From positions 307,713 through 371,712 of the forward strand of contig JAKVNF010000004.1 of NCBI GenBank assembly GCA_022483465.1: DNA of 64,000 nt, written 5' to 3'. The notes beneath the pieces were generated by a model that saw only the letters and a list, made by a program, of their open reading frames with translations, was not told the DNA's origin and did not search any database. The stretch's first letter is position 1. Each line of letters begins with the position of its first letter. The stretch comes from Lachnospiraceae bacterium. GTDB taxonomy: Bacteria; Bacillota; Clostridia; Lachnospirales; Lachnospiraceae. Positions 45,462 to 55,340 of this stretch are shown here, piece after piece. A program made the position numbers and the translations under genes.

Positions 45462-45599
45462 CGGCCCTGCCGGGAAATCAGTTCGATATGTCTGCCATCC
45501 AAAAAGCCAAAGAGCAGCCTGGTGCCCACGCATCAGACTGCTCTTTTTCCGTATGGCGGCACCCCATCCTGCTTTGGGATTACCTCAAATGGGGGTTCC

Positions 45600-46399
45600 T
45601 CACTCCTGTCCGATCAGGCTCTTCTGCCACCTGCCGATGAGATCCGCCTGGCAGGCTGCGGGCAGATGCGCCGCAAGACAGCGGATCGCGCGGTAGTCGG
45701 CATCCGGGATGCAGACAAGCTCCCCCCGCTGCATCGCGATGAAGCCCTCCCTTGCGACCTCGTCCAGGTTCTTTGCAAATTTCGCATTCCTCGCCCAGCC
45801 TGTCTTTGTGGGTCCGGGGCAGCGGGCGGTCACCGTGGCGTTTTCCCCCTTCCGTTCCCCATACATGGTCTCCGTCAGGAACCTCTCGTATGCCTTTGTC
45901 GGCCCATAGACGTTGGACCAGGGATCCGGGAGGAAGGCGCCCATCGAGGAGACGTTCAGAATTCTGCCTCTGCCGCGCTCTTCCATGTCCCGCCCGAAGT
46001 ACCGGCCAAGGAGTGTGACGCTGACGACATTCAGATGCAGGAGCGCCTGCATGGTCTCCGGATCCGCATCGACAACCCTGCCCATCTTTCCCGCGCCCGC
46101 GTTGTTCACCATCTGATCGACCGCGATCTTCTTCTCCTGCAGCTCCCCGTAAATCTCCCTGGCAGCCTCCTCCCTGGAAAGATCCTTCACGATGGCTGTG
46201 ACACGGACGCCGTAGGAGTTCTCGATCTCGAACTTCCACTCCTCGAGCCTGTCCTTCCTTCTTGCCACCGCTGCGATGTCAAAGTGGTGCTCTGCAAAGA
46301 GAAAGGCGAAAAGGCGCCGGTGATGAGGACGGTCTGTCCGCGCCCGTCGGTCTTAAGCGCCTCTTCCCTCCGCTTCTTCTCCACCGCTGCGGCTCCCAT
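45600..46399 (-). pseudogene. Short-chain dehydrogenase/reductase (SDR) disrupted in the cofactor-binding motif
   Basis: The downstream frame (45600..46268) encodes a normal SDR from ...FAFLFAEHHFDIAAVARRKDRLEE through NNAG and the YGPTK (YxxxK) active site. The upstream frame (to about 46399) ends ...GQTVLITGA and then runs out of frame. The expected SSGIG part of TGxxxGxG is missing at the junction near 46300. Confidence 0.6.
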
Positions 46400-46518
46400 A
46401 CTGCGTTTTTGCTGCCCCTGGCAAACCTCCTTCCTGATCGTTCCTTCATACACCGCAGGGTCTCCTCCGGATCATCGGGAAAGGACATCCATCCGAATGA
46501 GGTGCAGGGTGTGCGATG

Positions 46519-47094
46519 CTACTGCGCAGTCCCGGTGCCGAGGAGCTGGAGCTCTGCCGCATGAGCCTGCATGCCCGCAATGCAAATCTGCGCGATCTCC
46601 TTCACATCCTTCCCCAGCATGGCGCAGCCTGCGGCGATGATGTCCCGGCTGCAGCCCGCGGCGAACTTCTTGTTCTTGTACTTCTTCATAAAACTGGAGA
46701 TCGTCAGGTCCGTGATGCCGCCAGGGCGCATTCTCGCGCAGGCCTGGATGATGCCCGAGAGCTCATCGCAGGTGAAGAGGCACTTCTCCATCTCGGTTTT
46801 GGGCTCCACGTCGTTCACGATCGTGTAGCCGTGGCTTAGGATCGCCCGGATGTCCTCCTCGGGAACCCCCTTTTCCCGCAGCGGCTCCTCGGTGAACTGC
46901 AGGTGTTCCTCCGGGTGCTTCTCGTAGTCGTAGTCGTGCAGGTATCCTACCGCTGCCCAGTGGTCCGGATCCTGTCCGTAGACCTTTGCGAGGGCCTCCA
47001 TGCATGCCGCCACGTTTGCCGCATGGAGCCGCAGATGTTCCTCTGTCACCATCTCGTCATTGATCTTCTTCGCCTGTTCCAGTGTAAACATCAT
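46519..47094 (-). CDS. HD-domain metal-dependent phosphohydrolase
   Basis: 191 aa with H...HD (EEHLRLHAANV ... GYLHDYDY), typical of small HD/HDIG hydrolases. Confidence 0.7.
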   Translation of the reverse strand: MMFTLEQAKKINDEMVTEEHLRLHAANVAACMEALAKVYGQDPDHWAAVGYLHDYDYEKHPEEHLQFTEEPLREKGVPEEDIRAILSHGYTIVNDVEPKTEMEKCLFTCDELSGIIQACARMRPGGITDLTISSFMKKYKNKKFAAGCSRDIIAAGCAMLGKDVKEIAQICIAGMQAHAAELQLLGTGTAQ

Positions 47095-47109
47095 GCTGCC
47101 TCCTCTTCT

Positions 47110-48408
47110 CTATGCGCCGCTCTTTCCCTGCTCTTCCCCGCGGCGGATCTTTTTCACGAGATCCGCCGCAAGGCGCGCATCCTCCGGCTTTGCCTGCCCG
47201 TCATAGCGGGCGGCCAGGTAGAGGGCGCGGAGCTGTTCCTCCTCCGGCTGTTTTCCCCGGAGGTGTTCCTGTTCTTTCAGGATCTCGGCGCTGGTCCTGG
47301 AGGGATCCAGCTTGGTTCCCTGCTCCTTCAGATACCGCAGGTACTTCCGGTACTCTCCCCGGACCCGGTCCGCCGCCTGTCTTCCCACAAGGCGCGGCCG
47401 AAGGTTCTTCTGCCGCTTCTGCCCGGACACGGGGAGCTTCTCCTCCCGCAGGGGCTCCGGAGTGAGCCCCTCCCACTTGGCCCCGGCATTGGCCGAGAGA
47501 AACCGGTAGATCAGGGCCGCCGCAAGGGCAAGGAGCACAAACGGCAGGATCTGCCGCAGAAGGAGCAGAAACGGAGAGGCCTCCCGGGCGGTCTGCTGCA
47601 CGCCGTTCACCTCCCCGAGCGAGGTCAGCTGCTCCGCAAGCACCTGATCCGGGGCCGTCAGGGTTCCGACATCCGGGAACAGCCGGGACACCACCCAGAC
47701 GATCCCGTAGCAGATCCCCCAGAGGATCCAGAGAAGGCACAGCAGCACCGGGACGATGACCCGGTTCCACAAAAAGGAGAGCGCGGCCGCCATCGCATGG
47801 CGGGCCGCCGGGGTGGCAAGAACAAGCGCCGCCGCGGTGGGGATGCCAAGCAGCACGGCATTGACCCCTGCAAAACCGGTCTCTGCGGCCGCTGCATCGG
47901 GAAGCCGCAGGATTCGAAGCAGCAGGACCGCCGCAAACAGGTGGATCAGCACCATCGGCACGCCGACTGCCGCAAGGGGCGAGAGGTTCCCGTCGGCAGC
48001 AAGGATCAGAAGGGCAAAGAGAAAGACGACGCACTGCACCGCAAGGTTTCGCGCCACCTTGTCCCGGTCCGGGTGCTCCCGCTTTGCCGCAAGGAGAAAC
48101 ACCGCGTACCCGCCCGCGATGCCGGCCCCGATCCGATCTGCCAGGGTGGGGAGCAGGAAGATGAGAAGTGCCGTGGCAAGAAGGACCGGCAGGAACCTCG
48201 AGAGAAGATGCAGGACCTGCTCTCTTTTTTTCTTCCCGGACTCTGTTCTTTCCGAGAAAAGACAGGCAAGGCCAAAGGCCAGGGAGAGCAGAATCAGGGC
48301 AGCAAAGGAAGTCCCGGTACCCCCGCCACGGGCAGGGATCACCATCCCCGCGATGGAGTAGTACAGGGAGAGATCATTTGCCATCCGCAGTGCCTGCATC
48401 ACAAACAT
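47110..48408 (-). CDS. Polytopic membrane protein with a DUF4129-like C-terminal domain (third gene of the MoxR operon)
   Basis: Many TM segments, then the cytoplasmic tail RVRGEYRKYLRYLKEQG...SAEIL...LRALYLAARYDG, which resembles DUF4129. It overlaps the DUF58 gene by 10 nt. Confidence 0.6.
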   Translation of the reverse strand: MFVMQALRMANDLSLYYSIAGMVIPARGGGTGTSFAALILLSLAFGLACLFSERTESGKKKREQVLHLLSRFLPVLLATALLIFLLPTLADRIGAGIAGGYAVFLLAAKREHPDRDKVARNLAVQCVVFLFALLILAADGNLSPLAAVGVPMVLIHLFAAVLLLRILRLPDAAAAETGFAGVNAVLLGIPTAAALVLATPAARHAMAAALSFLWNRVIVPVLLCLLWILWGICYGIVWVVSRLFPDVGTLTAPDQVLAEQLTSLGEVNGVQQTAREASPFLLLLRQILPFVLLALAAALIYRFLSANAGAKWEGLTPEPLREEKLPVSGQKRQKNLRPRLVGRQAADRVRGEYRKYLRYLKEQGTKLDPSRTSAEILKEQEHLRGKQPEEEQLRALYLAARYDGQAKPEDARLAADLVKKIRRGEEQGKSGA

Positions 48409-49472
48409 GGCTTTTCCTCTTCTGCCGCAAGAACCAGAAGTTCCGCCCCCGCCCGGGCGGCCCGCCTGGCAAAGTCAGACACCGAGTCATCCTGCCGGTG
48501 CAGGGTGACGAGAAGGATTCCAGTCCCCTGGCCGCAGCGCGCAAGGCAGGCGTTTCGCATCTCCTCCCCGGAGACCCGGTCCGTGTACTGCGCCCGGCCG
48601 AGGCCCTCCAGGATTCCCTCGAAGTGCTTTCTGCCGCTCCCCTCCGGGATCCATCCGTAGTCCTTTGTGCCGCCAAGAACCGCGGCATTCATCGAGAAGG
48701 CATAGGGAGTTCTCGCCTTTTCGAGGCACTCCAGAACGCCCCGGGCAAGGGAAAAGGCGGTCTCCACCAGGTCCGCATCAAAGAGCGCCCCCCGGGAATC
48801 TGTGTCCACCAGAACGATTGCCCTTGGCATAGCCGTGTGGTCGGGATTGCGCACCATCAGGCCCCTGCCCTGGGCGCTTCTTGTCCAGGAGATCTGCTTC
48901 ATGGGCTCCCGACCCGTGTACTCCCGAAAGCCCACCGTCAGCACCGGGTCCTCATAGAGAAAGCGTCGCACGGACACCTCCCCCAGAAAGCCGCCGACGG
49001 CCCGGGAGAGAGAGGGGCTTTTGACCGCCCGGGGCCAGATGACAAGCTCCCGGCCCTCGCTCTTTCCAGCCTGCCGCTGCTCCCGAAGGCCCAGAAAGTC
49101 TCCGGTCATCAGAGAAAAGGCGGGGAGCCGGTAGCAGCCCCGCCGCGCCGCCTCCGCCGGGATCCGGACCTCGCGCTTTGTCCGCGGGCCGATCCAGATC
49201 CGGAAGTCAAAGACCCGCTCCTCGGTGAAGCGAAGCGGGCTGCTCCCTTTCGCCACGATGCTTCCCGGGGTGTACTGGCAGATGTGTACGTAGGAGCGGG
49301 GAAGGATGCCGGTGTTGGTCACCGTATACAGCAGGGAGAACGTCTCCCCCTGCTCCAGGATTGCCCGGTCCGTCCGGACCGAGGCGCCGACCTCCTCCGG
49401 AGCCCGGTCGACGGACCAGTACTCCAGGATGAGCGCGGCGAGCACGAGAAACAGGAGAAACAACAGGATCAT
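48399..49472 (-). CDS. DUF58-domain protein (MoxR-associated)
   Basis: An N-terminal TM segment and its position directly after a MoxR ATPase. It carries the conserved REY/REYxxGD-like motif (FREYTGREPMKQISW). Confidence 0.75.
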   Translation of the reverse strand: MILLFLLFLVLAALILEYWSVDRAPEEVGASVRTDRAILEQGETFSLLYTVTNTGILPRSYVHICQYTPGSIVAKGSSPLRFTEERVFDFRIWIGPRTKREVRIPAEAARRGCYRLPAFSLMTGDFLGLREQRQAGKSEGRELVIWPRAVKSPSLSRAVGGFLGEVSVRRFLYEDPVLTVGFREYTGREPMKQISWTRSAQGRGLMVRNPDHTAMPRAIVLVDTDSRGALFDADLVETAFSLARGVLECLEKARTPYAFSMNAAVLGGTKDYGWIPEGSGRKHFEGILEGLGRAQYTDRVSGEEMRNACLARCGQGTGILLVTLHRQDDSVSDFARRAARAGAELLVLAAEEEKPCL

Positions 49473-49482
49473 GGCATGCTCC

Positions 49483-50433
49483 TCAGACCTTCCCCTCCAG
49501 GGGCACCTGCACCCCCGCGAGAAGATCCGCGAGGAACTTTTCCGCCCGTCCGCTTCCCGCGTCCGCGCCCGCTGCGATCCGGTGCAGCAGCACGTAGGGG
49601 GCCACGTACTTTACATCCTCGGGGACGGCATAGTCCCTTCCGGCAAACAGGGCTGTCACCTGTGCCGCGGCGTAGAGAGCCCGGGTGCCGCGGACGCTGA
49701 CCGGGGTCACCGCCGCCTGCTCCTGCCTGGTCGCCTCCACGATGTCGAGAAGATACCCGCAGACCTCCTCCGTCATCCGCACCTCCCGGTAGGCGCGGCG
49801 AAGATACGCCGCATCCTCTTCGCTGATCACCCGGTGCACCTTCGCAAGAAGCTCCGTTGCGGGGCCGCCCCGCAGAATCCGCTCTTCCTCCTCCCTGGTG
49901 GGATAGCCCAGGGACAGGCGCATGAAGAACCGGTCCACCTGGGCATCCGGCAGCGGGAAGGTGCCGTAGGACTCCAGGGGGTTCTGCGTCGCCATGACAA
50001 GGAACGGCTCCGGCACCGGGTAGCTCGTCCCGTCCACGCTGATCTGGTGCTCCTCCATGACCTCCAGCAGGGCGGACTGGGTGCGAGGCGTTGCCCGGTT
50101 CAGCTCATCCGCCAGCACCACGTTGGCAAAGAGCGGACCCGGGCGGAACGAAAAGTCCGAGGTCTTCTGGTTGAAGAAGTGGATGCCCGTCAGATCCGAG
50201 GGCAGAAGGTCCGGGGTGAACTGGATGCGCCGAAAGCTCCCGCCAGTTGCCGCCGCAAAAGTCCGAAGGAGCATGGTCTTTCCGGTGCCCGGCGTGTCCT
50301 CCAGCAGCACGTGTCCCCCGCAGAGAAAACAGGTGAACAGGAGCGAGATCTGCTCCTGCTTTCCCAGAATGACACTGCTGCAGCAGTCCACCACCGCATC
50401 CCTGCACCGTTGATATCGCCCGACGTCCACCAT
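49483..50433 (-). CDS. MoxR-family AAA+ ATPase
   Basis: The start was refined to MVDVGRYQRC (ATG 50433, RBS GAGGAGAG). Walker A EDTPGTGKT, Walker B VVLADELNRA, and the QFTPDLLPSDLTG motif. Confidence 0.9.
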   Translation of the reverse strand: MVDVGRYQRCRDAVVDCCSSVILGKQEQISLLFTCFLCGGHVLLEDTPGTGKTMLLRTFAAATGGSFRRIQFTPDLLPSDLTGIHFFNQKTSDFSFRPGPLFANVVLADELNRATPRTQSALLEVMEEHQISVDGTSYPVPEPFLVMATQNPLESYGTFPLPDAQVDRFFMRLSLGYPTREEEERILRGGPATELLAKVHRVISEEDAAYLRRAYREVRMTEEVCGYLLDIVEATRQEQAAVTPVSVRGTRALYAAAQVTALFAGRDYAVPEDVKYVAPYVLLHRIAAGADAGSGRAEKFLADLLAGVQVPLEGKV

Positions 50434-50507
50434 TTTTCTCTCCTCGCGCCTGCCTGCGCCCATTTTTTCCGATTGTACTGCGGCGGTGCATTTTCGTTGT
50501 GAAGAAA

Positions 50508-50544
50508 ATGCGAAAAGCCCGCAGGGGATCCTTCCTCTGCGGGC
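50508..50544 (-). terminator. Rho-independent terminator after the epimerase gene
   Basis: Stem agcccgcag / ctgcgggct. On the minus strand it is followed by TTTTCGCATTTTC. Confidence 0.65.
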
Positions 50545-50549
50545 TCTTC

Positions 50550-51647
50550 TCAGCGCAGTTCCTTCAGATAGCCTTCCTCCACACCGCGGATGCCCATGCC
50601 GGGGTCATCGCAGACCTGAATGTCCTTCTCTGCAAAGACCGCGCCGCCCAGCACCGGGTCCTCCCGGCACAGGACCGGGCCGTCCAGGTCGATCCGGGTG
50701 ATGGTGTCGGTCGCGCAGGCGAGCTCCACCGCCGCATTCACGGAGATCTTTGCCTCCAGCATGCAGCCGATCATGCACTCGCAGCCGTAGACCTTCGCGG
50801 CCGACACGATCTGCAGGGCGTTGTAGAGGCCGCCGCACTTCATGAGCTTGATGTTCACCATGTCCGCCGCGTGCTTCTGGAAGATCCGCACCGCATCCTG
50901 CGGGGAGAACACCGCCTCGTCGGCGAGCACCGGCACCGGGCTGTTCTCGGTGACGTACTTGAGCCCCGCAAGGTCCGCCGCGGGGACCGGCTGCTCCACC
51001 AGCTCCAGGTGGAGATTCTCCTGCTCCATGTCGGAGAGGATCCTGAGCGCCTGCTTTGGTGTCCAGGCCTGGTTCGCATCGATCCGGATGCGGACGTCCT
51101 CCCCCACGGCCTTCCGCACGGCGAGGAGCCGCCTGGTGTCGAGAGAGGGATCCACGCCGACCTTGACTTTCAGCGTATCATACCCCCTGGCGACGGCGGT
51201 CCTGGCATCCTCTGCCATCTCCTCCGGCGAATTCACCGAGATCGTGATGTCGGTCTCGATCCGGCTTCTGGCGCCGCCCAGCATCCGGTACACTGGAATC
51301 TGGAAGCGCTGGCCGTAGAGGTCGTAGAGCGCCATGTCGACGGCGGCTTTCGCACTTGAATTGTGGACCACGGCGCGCTGCACCTTTTGAAGCAGCGGCT
51401 CCAGGTTCTCCACCTCTTCGCCCAGGATAGCCGGGATCAGGTGATCCCGGAGGGCCCCCACAATGGCCCCCGTCGTGTCGCCGGTGATGACGCCGGTGGG
51501 CGGCGCCTCTCCCCAGCCCTTTTCTCCGGTATCGGTGTCCACTTCCACCACCACGTCCCGCACGCTGTCCACCCGGCGAAGGGCCGTCTTGAATGGCACC
51601 CGGAGCGGAACCTCCATCGTGTACAGTCTGACCTTACGAATCTTCAT
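50550..51647 (-). CDS. Dipeptide epimerase (L-Ala-D/L-Glu epimerase, enolase superfamily, YkfB-like)
   Basis: The start was refined to MKIRKVRLYTMEVPL (ATG 51647, RBS GGAGGAA). MR/MLE pattern with KVKVG, IRIDANQAW, LVEQP, LADE and KLMKCGG. Confidence 0.85.
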   Translation of the reverse strand: MKIRKVRLYTMEVPLRVPFKTALRRVDSVRDVVVEVDTDTGEKGWGEAPPTGVITGDTTGAIVGALRDHLIPAILGEEVENLEPLLQKVQRAVVHNSSAKAAVDMALYDLYGQRFQIPVYRMLGGARSRIETDITISVNSPEEMAEDARTAVARGYDTLKVKVGVDPSLDTRRLLAVRKAVGEDVRIRIDANQAWTPKQALRILSDMEQENLHLELVEQPVPAADLAGLKYVTENSPVPVLADEAVFSPQDAVRIFQKHAADMVNIKLMKCGGLYNALQIVSAAKVYGCECMIGCMLEAKISVNAAVELACATDTITRIDLDGPVLCREDPVLGGAVFAEKDIQVCDDPGMGIRGVEEGYLKELR

Positions 51648-51681
51648 CGGTTCCTCCAACGAACTTGTTTTCTCTGCGATA

Positions 51682-52584
51682 TCATTTCGAAGCAAGTGGA
51701 TACAGACTTCCCGCCTTCTCCCACTTCCCGTCAAGATCCTCCCGGTACCCCGGTGCCCCAGGAACAAGGCTTGCGTACACGCAGCCAAAGTCCCTTGCGT
51801 ACCCGGTGCTGTGCAGGTATCTGCCCTCTCCCAGGTACATAGCCACGTGTCCCTTCATGAAAAGAAGGTCTCCGGGCTTTTTGTCCTCCCAGGGGATCTC
51901 GTGGATCGGATACTCCGGTCGGATCTGGGCATCCCGGTAGATCAGGATGCCGCAGAGCCGGTAGGCCATGGAGACGAGTCCCGAGCAGTCGATGCCGGCG
52001 CCGCTCGTGCCGCCCCAGCGGTACTGCACGCCCAGATAGCTCTCTGCCATCTCCACCACCTGCTTTCGGAGCGTCTCTTCCGGGATGGCGGTGAGGTTTT
52101 TCTGGTGCAGAAACCAGTCATCTCCGCCCTGGTTGAAGTACCCGTCGCTGTCCCGCCGTGCCATCAGGCTTGACGCAGCAAGGTACCCGGTTTTGCCGTC
52201 TGCTGCGCGCACCGGAAGATACCCCGCTTTCTCCTCTCCCGTCTTCTCGAGAATGCTCCCGCGGGAGTAGGTGGCAAGAAGCGCGCCCTGGACCTTCGGT
52301 GCGGCCAGAAGATCCGCCATGCGCTTTCTGACAACCAGTGCGTCCCCGGACGTCTCCCGACGGATGAGCTCCCGCGCCGTCACCGGCTTGAGCACCCCGG
52401 GATCGATCCAGCCCCGGTACCCGTAATAGGTCTCCACCGGGACCCTGCCGTTCCTGTCCTGTCTTGCCTCCAGAAGCCGAACCGCCCAGCCCGAGAGCAC
52501 CTCGTCCGCGATAGTTCCATCCTCCTCATACAAAAAGGCCTCCGGCACCTTCACCAGTGCCAGCCCGCTGCCATATTCCATCAT
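51682..52584 (-). CDS. NlpC/P60 (C40) gamma-D-glutamyl-L-diamino-acid endopeptidase with N-terminal SH3-like domains (YkfC-like)
   Basis: Catalytic block YRWGGTSGAGIDCSGLV ... GHVAMYLG. It is paired with the dipeptide epimerase as in ykfABCD-type murein peptide recycling loci. Confidence 0.85.
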   Translation of the reverse strand: MMEYGSGLALVKVPEAFLYEEDGTIADEVLSGWAVRLLEARQDRNGRVPVETYYGYRGWIDPGVLKPVTARELIRRETSGDALVVRKRMADLLAAPKVQGALLATYSRGSILEKTGEEKAGYLPVRAADGKTGYLAASSLMARRDSDGYFNQGGDDWFLHQKNLTAIPEETLRKQVVEMAESYLGVQYRWGGTSGAGIDCSGLVSMAYRLCGILIYRDAQIRPEYPIHEIPWEDKKPGDLLFMKGHVAMYLGEGRYLHSTGYARDFGCVYASLVPGAPGYREDLDGKWEKAGSLYPLASK

Positions 52585-52650
52585 GCCTCCTTGATTCTGT
52601 GCCGTATGTCCCACAGTATACCACGGGAAACCCTGGAAAGAGGTTCCCAC

Positions 52651-52943
52651 TGGCGTCCAGATATGGTAGGATGTACCGGATACACTGACTTACCCCGTGG
52701 CGAGCCACGGGGGTTCGCACGCGAGGGATTCTGGTTGGGGAAGATGTTGGTCTTCCACACGGAGGTATTTCGTGTCGTACTCACAGACAAGCTGCTTTGG
52801 GACAGGTATTTACTCCGGAGCCAGCCATCTAAACCTCTGACCGGTCAGCTCAGAGCTGACGGTACTTTACTGGGTTCAATTCGTTCTCTGTTTCAAGAAC
52901 CGGGCGCTAAGTCAAACGCCCTGCTATGGTAAAAGCAGAAAGA
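52651..52943 (-). ncRNA. Candidate TnpB-associated guide RNA scaffold (omega/reRNA-like), hypothetical
   Basis: A 290-nt non-coding tract starts at the stop codon of the TnpB-like gene. It contains several stable hairpins: 52693-52712 (CCCCGTGGC/GCCACGGGG), 52840-52863, 52902-52921, and 52932-52955, which spans the stop codon. No ORF or terminator-only explanation fits. Confidence 0.3.
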
Positions 52944-53844
52944 TTACACTGCTTTATCCAACTTAATGCCGGAATTACAAATCGTTAAGTGATTCTGGAT
53001 GATGGTGTTGATACATTGCTGGTGCATCTGCCAAAAGTGATCAAATGCTTGCAGACACCGGTTTCGGTCAATGGCTTGGAATTCGTCGTCTGCACACGAT
53101 AACAGGAAAGCTGACATAATGTCCCGCTGGACTTGCCGTCCATCCGGAAGAGAATGCCATCGTTCGTCGAGCTTCTTTTTGATGTATGCGTCAAGCATAA
53201 AATCGTACTGACTCGCTCGATAAGTCATACGTGGTACTTCATGGTAGCCGGGCCCAAATTTCTTACGAAGCTCTGCCTGAAAACCAGCAGGACTTCGCCT
53301 TAATACGGAAGCGCCAAACCGTTTCTTTTTCTTGAACTTGTGGACCGTTTTCGTTGTGCCGTCTTTTTGCGGGATCTGCGATGCTTTGTCAGATCGCTGT
53401 GCCTTTTTCTTCGACCTGTGTGCAAGTGCTGCTGTATTCGAAGGCTCCGTGATCAGGACATTGCCTAGCGAAAGCAGATGATTGGCAGCTTCCTGGTTGG
53501 CATACAGTCTGGTTGCGGCTTCCTTTCTGCAGAGTTCCCGATATTTATACAGCCTCTTGCGATTGGATTTCGACACCTTCCACTTGCCATGTGTGCCGTT
53601 CTTATAAGTACCGTCTTTGTTGAACCGTTCCGGATTCATAGCTCTGCGGCTGGCATCCATCTTACGAAGCAGGAACTTTTTCCGCTTATCGTTTTTCTGA
53701 TATGCACCCTGATTGCGTTCTCCCAGATTGAAGAGTTCTACAGAGTTTTGAGACACAACAGCTGCTGACTGTGTTCCAATATCGCAGCCAACCCGTCCGT
53801 TTCCACGGACGACTCTCGGTCTGCCATACTTAGGAATTGACACA
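52944..53844 (-). pseudogene. tnpB: TnpB-like RuvC nuclease, C-terminal fragment (RuvC domain); the gene is split by an IS insertion
   Basis: It contains RuvC-I-like RVGCDIGTQSAAVV, RuvC-II-like NVLITEPSN, and RuvC-III-like ASQYD...RWHSLPDGRQVQRDIMSAFLL. The reading frame continues exactly from the fragment at 55341..56195 once the IS and one 7-bp repeat are removed. Confidence 0.65.
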
Positions 53845-55340
53845 TAATAAATTAATCAGTTGGCACGTAATAAATCGACTGCTATAATAGCCTTATATCT
53901 CGGATCGGAGGCAGTCGATTCATGGCTTCACCAATATATGATAGCGACCACGTTGATCATATTTTATCCAATATTTCCGTCATTTTGCCCTATGTCAATG
54001 AGCGCCAGAGACGGCTGATTATAGGAGCTCTTTCTGATGCACTGGGTTATGGCGGCAAGTCTGCGATCAGTGAAAAATGCGGTGTGACACGTAATACCGT
54101 GCGCAAGTCCGACGAAGAGTTCAAGCTCATTATCGCTGATGCTGCCGGCGAGACTTCTACTTCCACAGAGACAGAAACCAAAAGTGACGAAGCAGAAGAC
54201 TCTGGCACTGCGGATACCGATAAGGATTCTGAAATGTTGCTGGAAGCAACTCCAGAGCAGATTGTCGGGCTTTATGATGGCTCCGTCAGCCTTTCTTCAC
54301 TTGAAAGCAGACAGCGCCGCGCGGGTGGTGGCAGAAAAAGTGAAGCTGCGAAAAATCCGGAACTGATTCCTGCATTGATGGAGATCCTTGACGACTACAC
54401 CTATGGTAATCCGGAATCCGTGCTGCTTTATACAAACCTGAGTGATCGCAAGCTCTCAGCTATGCTCGCTGAGAAGGGCTATTCAGTTGGGAGAAATGTC
54501 GTCAACCGAATGCTGAAGGCACTCGGTTGGAGCAAACAACAGAACAAGAAGCTGAAGCAGGTCGGTAAGGAACATCCAGACAGAAATGTGCAGTTTGAAT
54601 TCATCAATGCAACGGGTAAAGAGGTTTTAGCTGCAGGGAATCCCATGATTTCCATCGATTGCAAAAAGAAGGAAAACATAGGAGACTATGCCAACAAAGG
54701 CAAGGAGTACAGACATAGCAAAGATCCTCGAGCGGTGCTTGACCACGATTTTCTGGATAAGGAACTTGGTCAGGTTGCACCATATGGTGTTTACGTCGTC
54801 AACAATAATACTGGGTTTGTAAATCTTGGAACCACACATGACACCTCCCAGTTCGCAGTCGCCAGTATACGTGCCTGGTGGTACACCGTTGGCAAGAACA
54901 CGTTTCCTGACGCGACCATGATTTATATCACGTGTGATGGAGGCGGAAGCAATTCCAGCCGTGTGCGAATGTTCAAGACGGAACTGGCAAAGCTGGTTGA
55001 GGAAATCGGGATTCCGATTCAGATCTCTCATTTCCCGCCGGGAACATCAAAGTGGAACAAGGTGGAGCATCGCCTTTTCTCTGAGATATCAAAAAGTTGG
55101 GCAGGTAAACCGCTAATCAGTGTTGAAACTGTAGTTCAGTTGATCGGATCAACAACTACAACAACTGGTCTGAAGGTAACCTGTCAGCCTGATTACAATG
55201 ACTATAAAACAGGTCTGAAGGCTTCTGAGGAAGAGTACGATAAAGTTGATATTGAATGGATCAATATCGGGACATCTAACAAATGGAACTACATCATTCA
55301 TGGGCTGAAAAAGGACTCGTGAATTGATCAATTTAAAGGA
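53845..55340 (+). mobile_element. ISAzo13-family insertion sequence (about 1.5 kb) inserted in the TnpB-like gene
   Basis: It is flanked by the 7-bp direct repeat TGACACA (53838-53844 and 55341-55347). The imperfect terminal repeats contain AAATTAATCA / TGATCAATTT. It has a single transposase ORF. Confidence 0.75.
53922..55322 (+). CDS. ISAzo13-family (Rhodopirellula-type DDE) transposase
   Basis: 466 aa with characteristic blocks ISIDCKKKENIGDYANKGKEY, APYGVYVVNNNTGFVNLGTTHDTSQFAV, ITCDGGGSNSSR and HFPPGTSKWNKVEHRLFS. Confidence 0.85.
   Translation: MASPIYDSDHVDHILSNISVILPYVNERQRRLIIGALSDALGYGGKSAISEKCGVTRNTVRKSDEEFKLIIADAAGETSTSTETETKSDEAEDSGTADTDKDSEMLLEATPEQIVGLYDGSVSLSSLESRQRRAGGGRKSEAAKNPELIPALMEILDDYTYGNPESVLLYTNLSDRKLSAMLAEKGYSVGRNVVNRMLKALGWSKQQNKKLKQVGKEHPDRNVQFEFINATGKEVLAAGNPMISIDCKKKENIGDYANKGKEYRHSKDPRAVLDHDFLDKELGQVAPYGVYVVNNNTGFVNLGTTHDTSQFAVASIRAWWYTVGKNTFPDATMIYITCDGGGSNSSRVRMFKTELAKLVEEIGIPIQISHFPPGTSKWNKVEHRLFSEISKSWAGKPLISVETVVQLIGSTTTTTGLKVTCQPDYNDYKTGLKASEEEYDKVDIEWINIGTSNKWNYIIHGLKKDS

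Noticed and set aside
47110-50433. The MoxR AAA+ / DUF58 / DUF4129 membrane protein operon, considered as a potential novel system.
   Set aside because: This is a widespread, already catalogued MoxR-DUF58-type gene triad, and nothing atypical appears in order or domain content.
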